From NCBI RefSeq assembly GCF_006345805.1, contig NC_043003.1, positions 93,496,001-93,560,000 of the forward strand: 64,000 bases of DNA, read 5' to 3'. This document shows, piece after piece, positions 10,710 to 22,700 of the stretch (position 1 is its first letter; every line of letters begins with the position of its first letter). The position numbers were made by a program, and so were the translations under genes. Origin of the DNA: Octopus sinensis (lineage: Eukaryota). A model generated the notes under the pieces. That model did no database searches. It saw nothing but the letters and a program-made list of their open reading frames with translations, and was not told the DNA's origin.

Positions 10710-11261
10710 TGTGTGTGTGTACGTACGTACGTATGTTTGTATACATTCATACACACGTACATATACACACAGATATACACACACATGAAAACGTATACCC
10801 ATATATATAAATGTATATACATATATACACACATATATATACACGTTGAGAGTGAAAGAGAAAGTGAGAGAGAGAAAGAGAGAGAGAGAAAGAGAGAGAG
10901 AGAGTGATAGAAACTGAGAGAGAAACAGGGAGAGGGGAGAGAGAGAGAAAGATGTCTGAATGTATGTAAATGTTCTGTCTATATATTTCTGGGCAGATAC
11001 GTGTGTATATTTGTACGTCAAGTGTGTGTATGTGTGTGTGTGGGGTGTTTGGGTGGTCGGGTGGATGTGTACCTGTGTGTGTGTGTGTGTGTGTATCTGT
11101 CTTCTGAATGAATAGATTTTTTCGACAAAGTGTGACAGCCCATGCTGAAGATAATAAATACGTTTCACATGGCTCTTCCTAATCCTTCCTTCCAAAATAA
11201 CAATGTAGTCAACTACGCTATTTGACATAACAGAACAATTAACTCAGCTTTCCAAGGCACC

Positions 11262-11440
11262 TAGCTGGCAGAATCGTTAGCACGTCCGTCTTTACGTTCT
11301 GAGTTCAAATTCCACCGTAGTCGACTTTGCTTTTCATCCCTTCAGGATCGAGTAAATAAATACCAGTTGAATACTGGAGTCGATGTAATCGACTGATCCC
11401 CTTCCTGAAATTACTGGTCTTGTGCCAGAATTTGAACACG
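11262..11440 (+). mobile_element. SINE family M (Meta/MESC-like core), representative copy
   Basis: GCTGGCAGAATCGTTAGCACG...GAGTTCAAATTCC...GCTTTTCATCCCTTCAGGATCGA...TACCAGTT. Many copies in the window. Confidence 0.85.
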
Positions 11441-11489
11441 ATATATCATTGTTGTTGTTATTCACGTGGCGGACTTCTTGTTGCTGCTG

Positions 11490-11865
11490 CTTGTTTGTTT
11501 GTTTGTTTGTTTGTTGAGCGAAGCGGTCTTCGTGGGAGAAGTCCGAAACGTGGTCCTTTGCTATTCGTAAGACCCGCAGAAGAGAAAGCAAGTCAACCCC
11601 CGACACCAAGAGCATCGAAGGATGGATGAATGCGCATCCAGGCTCAGCAGTTGCGTAGGAAGCCGAGGATAAGAAACAGGAAGAAAGAGTGAGAGAAAGT
11701 TGGAGCGAAAGAGTACAACAGGGGTCGCCCCAACCCCCTGCCGGAGCCTCTTGGAATTTTAGGTGCTTTCGCTCAGTAAACACATACAACGCCCGGTCTG
11801 GGAATCGAAACCGCGATCCTCCGACCGCTAGTCCGCTGCCCTAACCACTAGGCCATTGCGCCTCC
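11490..11865 (-). mobile_element. tRNA(Arg)-like SINE, same head as 3514, different tail ending (CAAA)n
   Basis: Minus-strand head GGAGGCGCAATGGCCTAGTGGTTAGGGCAGCGGACT...GGTTTCGATTCCCAGACCGGGCG. Confidence 0.85.
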
Positions 11866-12075
11866 TGTTGACCCGAGGTTAACCCAATGACCAAAAGCAT
11901 TCAAGCCATAATCATTCGCTTTTCTTTTAGGGGTATCTAAAGACTACATTATCCAATGTGTATCCTTCCCTTATTTAAGATAGTAAGGTGTATTGTGAGA
12001 GTGATTTGGCTACCATTTCTTGTAGATCTAGCGTAAAGATTTTCTCTGGTATTGATGTTGGTGTTGTTGTTACAG

Positions 12076-12195
12076 CCAGTGTATAACGACATCATTCAAC
12101 TCTTTCTAAGCAGCTTTGCCTCTCCTGAACTGATCTTCACGGAATATGCTGATCAAACTTTGGCGAGTCCTCCATTAACATCATTAAAGTATTCA
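12076..12195 (+). CDS. Candidate 120-nt phase 0-0 host exon (PVYNDIIQLFLSSFASPELIFTEYADQTLASPPLTSLKYS)
   Basis: ttacAG acceptor, GTGAGT donor, only one open frame, non-repetitive sequence. Confidence 0.45.
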
Positions 12196-12448
12196 GTGAG
12201 TCAGTTTTCGGTGTCTTTGTCGTTATTGAGCTGGAGTTTGGAACATGAATTAACATGAAATGGCGATGGAAGGTTTTAATTTAGATCACTTTAAAGCAGG
12301 AAGTTTGTATTGTAGAACTAGGAGCAACCCCAGTACGCAACTGGTACTTAATTTAGTGACCTGAAGAACAGACGAAACACCGCTAAGCATTTCGCCCGGC
12401 GTGCTAACGATTTTGCCAGTTCGCCGCCTTAATAATAATAATAATAAT

Positions 12449-12481
<33 letters not shown>

Positions 12482-12535
12482 AATAATAATAATAATAATA
12501 TAATAATAATAATATAATAATAATAATAATAATAA

Positions 12536-13070
12536 TGGAATAACAACAGAAAAAAGATGGTATAGGCACACACCAGAAAAGGTCACAGAAAACGAAAAAG
12601 CAACCATACTTTGGGATATACCGATACACTCAGATAGAGAAATTAAGGCCAACAGACCAGATATAGTTGTCAGAGATCATGAAGAAAAAAAATGCTTTCT
12701 AATTGATGTATCAATACCGGCAGATGACAACGTGTCTCTAAAAGAAATGGAGAAACTTTCAAAATACAAAGACCTAGAAATAGAGGTAACCAGAATGTGG
12801 AATCTAAAAACAGAAACAATTCCTATCATAGTAGGTGCATTAGGCATGATAAAAAAATATTCAGACAAATACATAACAAAAACACCAGGACTTACAAACA
12901 CATATAACATACAGAAAATTGCACTACTAGGCACTGCACACATCCTACGCAGAACACTTTCCATACAATAACCATCAGATCATCACAACAAATCACAGCA
13001 CATACCCAAGGCACACAGAGCTGCGCTCGGTAGTGAAGTAAAATCACGCTATAAAAATAAAGCTATTGAA
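12536..13070 (+). mobile_element. R4/Dong-clade non-LTR retrotransposon 3' end (restriction-like endonuclease and 3' UTR) inserted in (AAT)n
   Basis: WYRHTPEKVTENEKATILWD...ANRPDIVV...LIDVSIP...EKLSKYKDL...PIIVGALG...ALLGTAHILRRTL*. (AAT)n on both sides matches the known TAA-repeat targeting of Dong. Confidence 0.92.
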
Positions 13071-13093
13071 TAATAATAATAATAATAATAATA

Positions 13094-13136
<43 letters not shown>

Positions 13137-13227
13137 TAATAATAATAATATTTTCTACTGAAGACACAAAGCCTAAAATTTTGAGTGAGGGGACTAGTCG
13201 ATTACATCGACTCCAGTGCTCTAGTGT

Positions 13228-13484
13228 TTAAAACTTTCACAGCGGAAAGCAGATATAGCCATTCAAAAATTTCATTACTTTTAACTGAGGAATGCAGTTT
13301 ATAAACCAATCCATCTTTTGTTGAGAAATGTCATGTTTGAAACCATATTCTGCTGCGATATGTTAAAGTCATTGAAGCAACGTAACTTGCAGAAAATATC
13401 AATAATCTTTTTTTTGTTTTTGGTAGAGATTAAACATCGTTACTAAAATAACTATGAAACTTAATTTCGCAACGAAAGGGTTAA
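13228..13484. mobile_element. Possible piggyBac-type MITE
   Basis: Right end CGCAACGAAAGGG-TTAA. Left end TTAAAACTTTCACAGCG is a degenerate inverted match. Confidence 0.4.
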
Positions 13485-13562
13485 ATTTATTTATTTTGAC
13501 AAGATACATGAATTTTTATTTGCTGGCAAAGGGAAATAAAGTGTTGTTCGTGTATTTCCCAG

Positions 13563-13675
13563 GGGCATCTTCTGTACAAGGGAATCGGATTAGCTTCAAT
13601 CAAGAAACGAAATCGGATCGTGGTCCCGAATCGCGGGAGCTTACCGAGTTCTACGACATTCGCCACAAGTGTTGA
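13563..13675 (+). CDS. Candidate host exon, frame and 3' end uncertain
   Basis: tatttcccAG acceptor followed by GC-richer unique sequence. Two frames are open (GHLLYKGIGLASIKK... or GASSVQGNR...HKC*). Confidence 0.3.
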
Positions 13676-13942
13676 AAATGATACTGCCAGAAGCAACTCC
13701 CGCTTGTTTTATTTGTATATAGGACATGAGTATACATTTAGCGTATATACAACGAAAAAAAAAAGAAACCAAAAAACGCTATATTGTTCGTGTACACCAA
13801 ATGTAAATATTAAACGTTTGTAGAATGAGTATATATTACATGCTTATATAAGACGTATACATTTCTATACACGCGTATACAAAGTTTATAAGCTAAACTT
13901 ATGTTAAAACTGATACTACAAGTTCGTAAGAACCTCTCTCTT

Positions 13943-13980
<38 letters not shown>

Positions 13981-14169
13981 CACTCTCTTTTTCTCCCTTT
14001 CTCTGTCTCTGTCCATCTCTCTCATTATATATATATATATATATATGCACACACACGCACATTTATATATATATATATGTATATGTATGTATGTATGCAT
14101 GTATGTATGTATGTATGTATGTATCTATCTATCTATCTATCTATAAATGTATGTATGTATGTATGTATG

Positions 14170-14251
<82 letters not shown>

Positions 14252-14261
14252 TGTATGTATG

Positions 14262-14296
<35 letters not shown>

Positions 14297-14304
14297 TATA
14301 TATG

Positions 14305-14346
<42 letters not shown>

Positions 14347-15040
14347 TATATATGTATATATATATATTTGTATATATGTATATATATATTTGTATGTGTG
14401 TGTGTGTGTGGTGTGTGTGTGTGTGTGTGTGAATGTGTGTGTGTATTTCTTTCAATATGTAACTTGCAATTGGGAGGAGGCGCAATGTAATGGCGAACAT
14501 GCTGGATGATTTAAACCACTCATGGGTAAACTGCGGTCTGACTGCTGATTAATAATATCTCATGCGTCCCGCTTCTTCAATAAAACAACAACAACAACAA
14601 AAAAAAGGTTGTTCGTGCATGATCTAAAGCCCAATCCAAAACCAACAAGACCTCTTCGCTCGTTTCTGGCCCTTTTGCCCAGACGGTCTTTGTCAACTTC
14701 TTAGAATTTTCCATTCCCTGACTTTGCCTCCTGTTTTACTTCTCAGTCAACATTGCACACACTCAACAAATCTTCTCTCACTCTCTTAACCTTTCTCCAC
14801 CCCACTTGTCTCACAATCATCGACTAACAATTACGAAAATAGTTGTCACTATTACATTGCAACAAGGGTATTTTGTTTTCCTGGCGTTCTTTTCATTAAA
14901 CCTTAAGTAAAACGTGGCTGTGTGGTAAGAAGTTTGCTTCCCAACCACATAGTTCCGGGTTCAGTCCCACTGCAAGGCACCTTGGGCGAGTGTCTTCTAT
15001 TATAGCCTCGGGCCGACCAAAGCCTTGTATATATATATAT

Positions 15041-15407
15041 AGTCAATCCAAACATGAACAAGCAAGAAAAAACAACAACGTGAGGATGTGGTATAAGTAT
15101 AGTGTTATTGGACGCTCAGGAAAGGAAAGAAAGAAGGGGAATTTCACGTTTCGAGGAGAGCTCTTCGTCAGAAATATAGGAAAAAAAAAAAAGTGCAAAG
15201 AAAGGAAGACGGAGAAAGAAAATTGCCAACGATACACACGCGGTCACATATTGAAAAAGAAGCACATAAATCGAAACAGAGTGGAAAAAATTGTACTCGA
15301 ATACCGGTAACATGCTTTATTAAAGAGCAGCAAAACTGTCCGGTGAACGGGAATGTGAAAGTCTGAGTAACAGTTTTAGTGATATTCTTGCTGCTTTTTA
15401 ATAAACT
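15041..15407. mobile_element. Short PLE-derived non-coding elements with two variant hammerheads (15141-15175 -, 15332-15377 +)
   Basis: attt CTGACGA a gag-ctctc-ctc GAAA cg TG aaat on the minus strand; aaaactgt CCGGTGA ac-gggaat-gt GAAA gtctgag TA acagtttt on the plus strand. Confidence 0.55.
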
Positions 15408-15459
15408 ATGTGTGTGTGTGTGTGTGTGTGTTTGTCCTCCCACCACCGCTCGATAAGTG

Positions 15460-15945
15460 GAGTTATACCTAAAATGCCACTAATACTAACAAATGACCCC
15501 ATTCGTTTCAAACTATTACAATTCCCAGTTGGAGTCAGTTACGCAATGGCCATTAACAAGTCCCATGTTCAAACACTGCAGGTTGTCGGTCTCCATCGAG
15601 AAGAGGGCTGTTTCTCCACAGTCAATTGTATGTAGGTTGTTCTAGAGTGGGAAACCCCCAGATACTTTTCCTATGCTCCAAAGAAATGAATTGAAAACAT
15701 TGTATGTACTGAAGTTCCGTCAATGTTTTATAGCTTTCGTACAATATATTTTTCTATTATCATTTATATTACTTTCTATATTCAGATATTCTGAATAAAT
15801 TTTAAAAATTATGTTATGCAATATTCAAATACTTTTCAAGAACTTTTATTGTAAGGAAAATAGGCAATACGATAAATGCCAAGATATGCCTTATGAATAC
15901 ATTTCAAACCCGTACAGACCGGGCCGAAGGCCGGGAGGTCCGCGG
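15460..15945 (+). pseudogene. Helitron RepHel PIF1-like helicase C-terminal fragment with 3' hairpin
   Basis: IPKMPL...FKLLQFPVGVSYAMAINKSHVQTL..VGL...CFS then a frameshift to QLYVGCSRV (motifs V/VI). GC-rich hairpin near 15918-15945. Confidence 0.88.
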
Positions 15946-15962
15946 GTATATATATATATATA

Positions 15963-16499
15963 TCACCTTCACCTTGATCACCTTGACCGACCAGTCCGTC
16001 AGGCGTCCATTTGACACCGCTGGTCACAACACGCTGTCCACTCCTCTCTGGATCGCGCCTTTCTCATCCACGTGATCCCAATCGTCCTCCTGAAATCGTA
16101 ACTCCACCGTCGTGGAGGCCTTCCGGGTGGTCGTTTCCGCTCGCGCCGGTACCACTCGACAACTGCGCGGGTCCACCGATTATCGGGCGACGTGTCCAGT
16201 CCATCTAAACTTGCTGCGTGTATACTCTGCGACGGCATCCCTCACGCCGGACTTCTTTCTGATGATCTCACTACTGATGTGCTCTCTCAACGAGATACCA
16301 AGCATTGACCTTTCCATGGCTCTTTGATGGAAGGCGTTTAATGGCATAAGGGATGTGCTCAAGGGAAGGTTGGACAGGACCACCCGCGCCAACCTCATCA
16401 ACAGTACAGTTCTACCTGCAATGTTATATGGCTGTGAAACATGGGCTACAACAAAGAGAGAAGAGCAGAGACTGGTAACGGCTCAAAGAGCCATGGAAA
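15963..16499 (-). mobile_element. 5'-truncated RTE LINE with inverted 5' segment (16328-16499 on +), inserted in (TA)n
   Basis: Minus: QRAMERSMLGISLREHI...KFRWTGHVAR...KRPPGRPPRRW. Plus: VLPAMLYGCETW...AQRAME. Confidence 0.92.
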
Positions 16500-17075
16500 T
16501 ATATATATATATATATATATATACATACATACACACACGCGCGCGCGCGCATATATATATATATATATTAGAGAAAATAGGTACAGAAAGTTCAGGCAGT
16601 AGTTAAGATATGTAAGTTCAAAGAGTAGGAGGTTAAAGCAGAATAAAACTGGGGTGACCACGTAAGCGTCCTTTTGTCCAATGTATGTTCAATTTTAAGA
16701 CGGTAGGGTGCAGCGTGAGGCAAATTTCGCTGCTATTTCTAGCAAATCTAATGACTGAGCAGGGACCTTGCTAAAGAGAAACACTGACCAGCGCTGGTTG
16801 TTGTTGTAACAAATCTCAGCGATGGTTATAATAAAACTGTGTTTGTGGTTTAGATCTGCTAGCATTTATTTTCCTTTTCCTTCAATATCGAGCAATGCAT
16901 AACAATTCTTTTCCTCTTCTCGCCATGCTGTACCACTTAACCATTCTTTCTGATTATGAATTTACCTACAGAAGACCCGATCTAATTGTATTTAACTGAA
17001 CTTTCCTACCCTCCTAGACATAATGAACCGCAACAAATATCATTGATGAGGGATATTCTTCTGCTGTCTAATCTA

Positions 17076-17169
17076 TATTTCTCCGATGACGGAATACCAA
17101 ACCTATAGAATCTTCGCTCGATACAATCCTTCAATAGCTGGGATATTCCAGAAACATCTGTCAGAAATA
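17076..17169 (+). ncRNA. Type-I hammerhead-like motif with CCGAUGA core variant
   Basis: tatttct CCGATGA c-ggaata...tattcc-a GAAA catctg TC agaaata: 7-bp stem I and 6-bp stem II base. Confidence 0.6.
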
Positions 17170-17260
17170 ATTTCTACCATTTTGTACTATCTTTACCATA
17201 TTAAATGAAATTAAATGTCCTTGTCCTGCATTATTTGATTATTTGCCTTTCCTCACTATT

Positions 17261-17572
17261 TAGTGGTTAGGGTAAACGGTTCCTGATCGCAAGGTCGTGA
17301 GTTCAATTCTCGGCGTCTCATTGTGTCGTTGAGCAAGACACTCACTTTATTTCACGTTGTTCCAGTCCACTCAGCTGGCGAAAATGAGTAGTACCTGTAT
17401 TTCAAAGGGCCAACCTTGTCACATTCTGTGTCACGCTGAAACCTCCTGAGATCTAAGTGAAGGGTACATGTGTCTGTGGAGTGGTCAGCCACTTGCACGT
17501 TGATTTCATGAGCAGGCTGTTCCGTTGATCGGATCAACTGGAACCCTCGTCGTCGTAACCGATGGAGTGCCA
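17261..17572 (+). mobile_element. tRNA-derived SINE family C (OR2-like); other copies at 27590-27900 (-) and a tail piece at ~19020-19080 (-)
   Basis: TAGTGGTTAG...GAGTTCAATTC...TTGAGCAAGACACT...CCACTCAGCTG, with tail GATCAACTGGAACCCTCGTCGTCGTAACCGA. Confidence 0.8.
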
Positions 17573-17731
17573 TATATATATATATATGTTGTACAATGCA
17601 AGTAAGAAAAAAATATCATCTTCTTATTTGTATTGTACAATACCCATTTCGGCGCCTCTAATAAAAAAACAAATTATATATATATATATATATATATAAT
17701 ACATACATGCATATATATATGCATATATATA

Positions 17732-17788
<57 letters not shown>

Positions 17789-18261
17789 CATACATGCATA
17801 TATATATGGATGGATGTATTATGCATGTATGTATATATTTGTTGTGTGTGTGTGTGTGTGTATGTGTGTGTGTGTAAGCACGTAGTCTTTGTTGTAATGA
17901 AACACCTCTATGAAAGCTGTGCAGTTAAAAATGGATGGCTGGTATAAAAAAATAACTTGGTTTCTTGAATTAGAAAAATTAATAATCTTGCATTTTCCTT
18001 TTTTTTTGTATTTTGTGAGTATATGTGTGCACGCGCATGCGCGCTCGTGTGCATTATGATGAAATGAAACGATAGCGAGACGACAGCGAAATGTCATTTT
18101 AATTGAAACAAGTTATACTTTATGTCAGTTTGTAACATATTTGGCTGCTTGATCTTGTTTGCCATGGAAGTAACATAAATTTCCATTTATAAACTTCTCT
18201 TTCGAAAATTTTCAAATAAATATTCAAATTTCTCTTTGCTTTTTCTAATGAGTTTATTTTA

Positions 18262-18735
18262 CAGATATGCCATAATATACATCTGGAAGATCCTAGAAGG
18301 ACTTGTTCCAAACTTTGGCATCGAGAGTTACACAAATGCCAGAACTGGGCGCCACTGCGTGGTGCCAAGGACTCCAAATTTACCATCAAGATGTAGGACA
18401 AGATACTGTGATAGCCTGGGTTTCAGAGGCCCACAGCTCTTCAATATCCTCCCGAAGAACCTGAGAGACCTGCATGGGGTGGATGTAGATGTCTTTAAAA
18501 TAAAACTGGATCTCTTCCTGTCAGGTGTTCCAGATGAACCAACTTCACGGCAGGAGGTGCAGATGAGGGCAGCTGCATCGAACTCTCTCATCCACCAAAT
18601 GGCAATTGCTAAAAAGCATTCGTGAAGTAAAATCATGTAGCAACACCAAATGGCGGTGCCCCAGCATGGCCACAGCTCGTGAGCTGAAACTAGATAAAAT
18701 AGAATAAAAAAATAAAATAAAAATAAAATAAATAA
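18262..18735 (+). mobile_element. CR1-group LINE 3' end
   Basis: RYAIIYIWKILEGLVPN...FRGPQLFNILP..LRD...FKIKLDLFLSGVPDEP...SNSL*, then a 3' UTR stem-loop and (ATAAA)n tail. Confidence 0.88.
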
Positions 18736-19383
18736 ATTAATTAAATTAAAATTTACTGTTTCATTTTCAACAATGTTCGCTCAGTAATTTGACTCTTTCC
18801 CAGTCGAAGTCATTTTCATAAGTTTATCCTAAAGGTCCTTGCCTGTTTTCAGATTTTTAGTTTCGTACGTTCTGACTGTTATAAAGCTTTCCCTTCGTAA
18901 GTCCTAATATACCCTGGTGGTTGAAAGCTATTTGGAATGTGAATTTCATATGATGCATGGATGCCAGAGAAATATGTCCTGGGTATCATTATAAAAAAAA
19001 ATAAAATAAGAAATAAAACCGACACTCCGTCGGTTACAACAAGGAGGATTCCAGTTGATCCGATGAACGGAACAACCGGATAGGTGGTGCTGCGAGCTGA
19101 TTGGGGTGTATTTACACCATATGTTTACAGCGAAAGATTTTCTGCATGACAAAACACAGGGAAAGGCTTGTTTACAAGTCCGAATGCGCTTTTAGCATAT
19201 TCGAGCTGGTAATAACATGTCATTTTTACTTATCACTGCTTAGCACTCTCACCCCACTATTATACATGACTTATTGGTTTCGTCTATGATCTTTCACGTC
19301 CGTTTTCAATAGCATGCAAAGTTATTAAATGCTATCATCACTGTCGTTGCCATCATTATTGACAATGATGGATGTGTTGTTGT

Positions 19384-19417
<34 letters not shown>

Positions 19418-19434
19418 GGTGGTGGTGGTGGTGG

Positions 19435-19475
<41 letters not shown>

Positions 19476-20246
19476 ATGGTAGTGGTAGTAGTGATGAGGA
19501 TGATGATGGTGGCGGTAGTGATGATAATAATTATGGCGGTGTTGGTGATGATGTTGTATATGATGATAATTGTTATGCTATGATGTTATTTCTTTTTGGA
19601 TTCTATAGAATTGAATTATTTTTCACAGAGACCTTGATGTTTATTGTTTCTTATGTTTAAATACTATATATCATGTTATTATGTTGTTTGTCTGCTATGA
19701 AATAGAATGCTAAGCAGATTTCTTTTTTTCGTTTTATCGAAGATCTCTTTCACTATACTTTGTAATTACCCATAAAAATTATTTTAAAATATTAACAAAA
19801 ATTTTAGTGAAAATTAGCGCCCGATAGGCTCTATGGTAAGAGCTTGCTTTCCAAATACACAATTTTGGGTTCAGTTTTGTTACATGATACTTTGGGCAAG
19901 TGTCTTCACCTAAAACCCCGGGCCGACTAAAGATTTGTGAGTGGATTTGGTGGATGGAAACTGGAAGAAGCTTGTCGGTGTATATACATGTATGTGTGTG
20001 TGTGTGTGTTTGTCCCCCCACCCCCACACGCCACAACAAACAAGATGTATTAGTTTGCCGCTCTGGAAGAATGGAAAGGTCTTTGACGTTTCGAGCCTAC
20101 TCTCGTCAACAGAAATGAATGAGGAAAGAAAGCGGAGTGAGAAAGTAAACGTGTCTGGATTAACGTTACTGGACTGACGTAAATATATATATATATATTA
20201 TATATATATATATATATATATCTATATATATATATATATATATATA

Positions 20247-21433
20247 CAGGGGTTCGACAAACTAATGGAAATGCCTTAAAATTTCAAACAAATTTATTTT
20301 AATATAGAGTAATTTGGCAATAATTACAGCTTGAATTCTACGAGGTATGGTCTCGTACAAAGTTTGGATTGTTTCCAAAGGAATTTTTGTCCATTCTTCA
20401 GCTAAAACAGTCTCCAGTTATTGTAGTGATGATGGTGGAGGATATTGACTCCTTACTAGTTTTTCTAAAATGCACCACAAATGTTCAATGATATTGAGAA
20501 CTGGGGGCTGTGATTGTCAGATAAAATGTTCAACTTCACTAGAATGTTCCTTGTACCATTAACAACTTTAGCTGTGTGAATTGGTCCATTATTATCCTGA
20601 AAGATTACGTTTCCCGCCGGAAACAGTTCCGCAACCTTAGGATGAATTTGATCAGACAAAATGCTTATATGGTTCCAAGATATAGCCACCCTACCCCCAT
20701 ATCATCACAGATCCTCCACCATGTTTAACAGTTGGAAGAAGGCAGTCTGGGTCAACGTATACTCGGCTGGTGGTCGGAAATAAGGTAAAGGATGACTCGT
20801 CCGAGAAAATAACATTCTTCCACTGCTCTAGGGGCCAATTCTGTAGGTTTTTACTCCACTGTAAACGCTTTGCAACGTTTGTTTTTAAAAGTAGTGTTTT
20901 TCTGATTGCAGCCCTCCCGTGAAATCCGGCTTTGTGCAGCTCCAGGTGAACATTTTTTTGTGGAATCTGGGTTCCCGAGGTGGTCATTAAGCTCTGCAGT
21001 AATTTTGGGAGCTGTACTTTTGTGATCCTTTCTAACAATTCGCGTAAGAGTCCGACGGTACCTATCTGAAAGTTTTGGTTTACTTCCGGTGTTTTGTTTC
21101 GACGAGGAGGTTTTTCCCTATTTCTCAAAGGCTGTCATTACTTTTGAGACAGTACTTCTTGATACATCAAACATTTCAGCTGTTTTCGTTACGCTAGTAC
21201 CTGCCATACAAGCACCAACGATTTGAACTCTTTGAAAGTCCGATAGATCTGTCATTTTAATGAATTTTAATTACCTTTTTCTTGGGAAAACATATTAGCA
21301 AAAATTTAGCAAAACATATTAAGCAATACTAATAATAAATTGAAAAGCATAAAAATAATCAGGTTTTTGACGGTTTTATACATATTTCAAAATTATGATG
21401 CTATGATGCTAAATGTTTCCATTATTTTGTCCA

Positions 21434-21434
<1 letters not shown>
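20247..21434 (-). mobile_element. Nearly full-length defective Tc1-family transposon (transposase pseudogene ~20310-21255)
   Basis: TA|CAGGGGTTCGACAAACTAATGGAAA and inverted TTTCCATTATTTTGTCCAA TIRs. Motifs VIFSDESSF, TVKHGGGSVMIWG, FQDNNGPIH and LNIIEHLW, with frameshifts and stops. Confidence 0.93.
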
Positions 21435-21482
<48 letters not shown>

Positions 21483-21519
21483 TGTATACGTTTATCAATT
21501 TGTGCTGCAAATATATATT

Positions 21520-21944
21520 CTTTTATTCTTTTATTTGTTTCAGTCATCTGAATGCGGCCATGCTGGAGCACTGTCTTTAGTCGAACAAATCGACTTATTC
21601 TTTGTAAGCCTAGTACTTATTTTATCGGTCTCTTTTGAGGAACCGGCAAGTTACAGGGACGTAAACATCGATTGTCAAGCGATGGTAGGGGGACAAACAC
21701 AGACACAGAAACATACACACACATACACACATATATGTATGTATGTATATATATGTATACATACATATATATATTTATACACGGAGGGGCTTCTTTCAGT
21801 TTCCGTCTACCAAATCTACTTACAAGGCTTTGGTTGGCCCGAGGCTATAGTAGAAGACACTTGCCCCAGGTGTCACACAGTGAGACTGATCCCGGAAGCG
21901 TGTGGCTGGTAAGCAAACTACTTACCACACAGCCACTCCTACGC
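21520..21944 (-). mobile_element. Full-length SINE family B with internal microsatellite; another copy at ~54965-55322 (-)
   Basis: Head, internal TA/TG tract and CR1-type tail are all present. Confidence 0.85.
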
Positions 21945-21953
21945 TTATCAATA

Positions 21954-22608
21954 TCTATAAATCTGAAATGCAAAATGTTTGTTTGTCTGGTTTTGGCATT
22001 GGAACGGGTTAATGGCCACTATAACCCGTCGGATTGACTCCAAAATTTACAGGGACATGTAAAATGAGGTGAGGATGTGAGTGGACTAGGTTAGAAATCC
22101 CTATCTTAAAAGGGGTGGTTACTAGGGCGAAAAACGCGGACTTAGACAAGTCTCCTCTCATTCTCTTATCTGCATGTCTTCCTCCGTCTCTCTCTGTTTC
22201 CTCCCTTCCCATCACTTTCTCTCTATAAGGACGTTTGACAGATACTACTATCTTTCCCCACCGCCTTCGCCAGCGCTGTCACTCTTTCAACCACCGCCTC
22301 CGTCTCTCTCTCTCTCTCTCTGTACGTCTGTCTGCATTCATAGAGATCTTTATTATCGCCACAACCACCACACAATCACGAGAACAAATATTATGAATCA
22401 GATATTTATTGGGTTAATTTATATGTGTGAGTGTGTGTCTGTGTCTGTGTCTGTATCTGTATATAAATATGTATATATAATGTATATATACAATGTATAT
22501 ATCTTGTATATATATATATATATATATTTGTATACATTTGTATATATAATGCGTACACACACATGCACACACATATATATAATGCGTATATATGCACACA
22601 TATATATA

Positions 22609-22700
<92 letters not shown>

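Noticed and set aside
19131-19208. 78-nt candidate exon (RKIFCMTKHRERLVYKSECAFSIFEL)
   Set aside because: Weak donor (GTAATA), no recognisable homology; such patterns are expected by chance.
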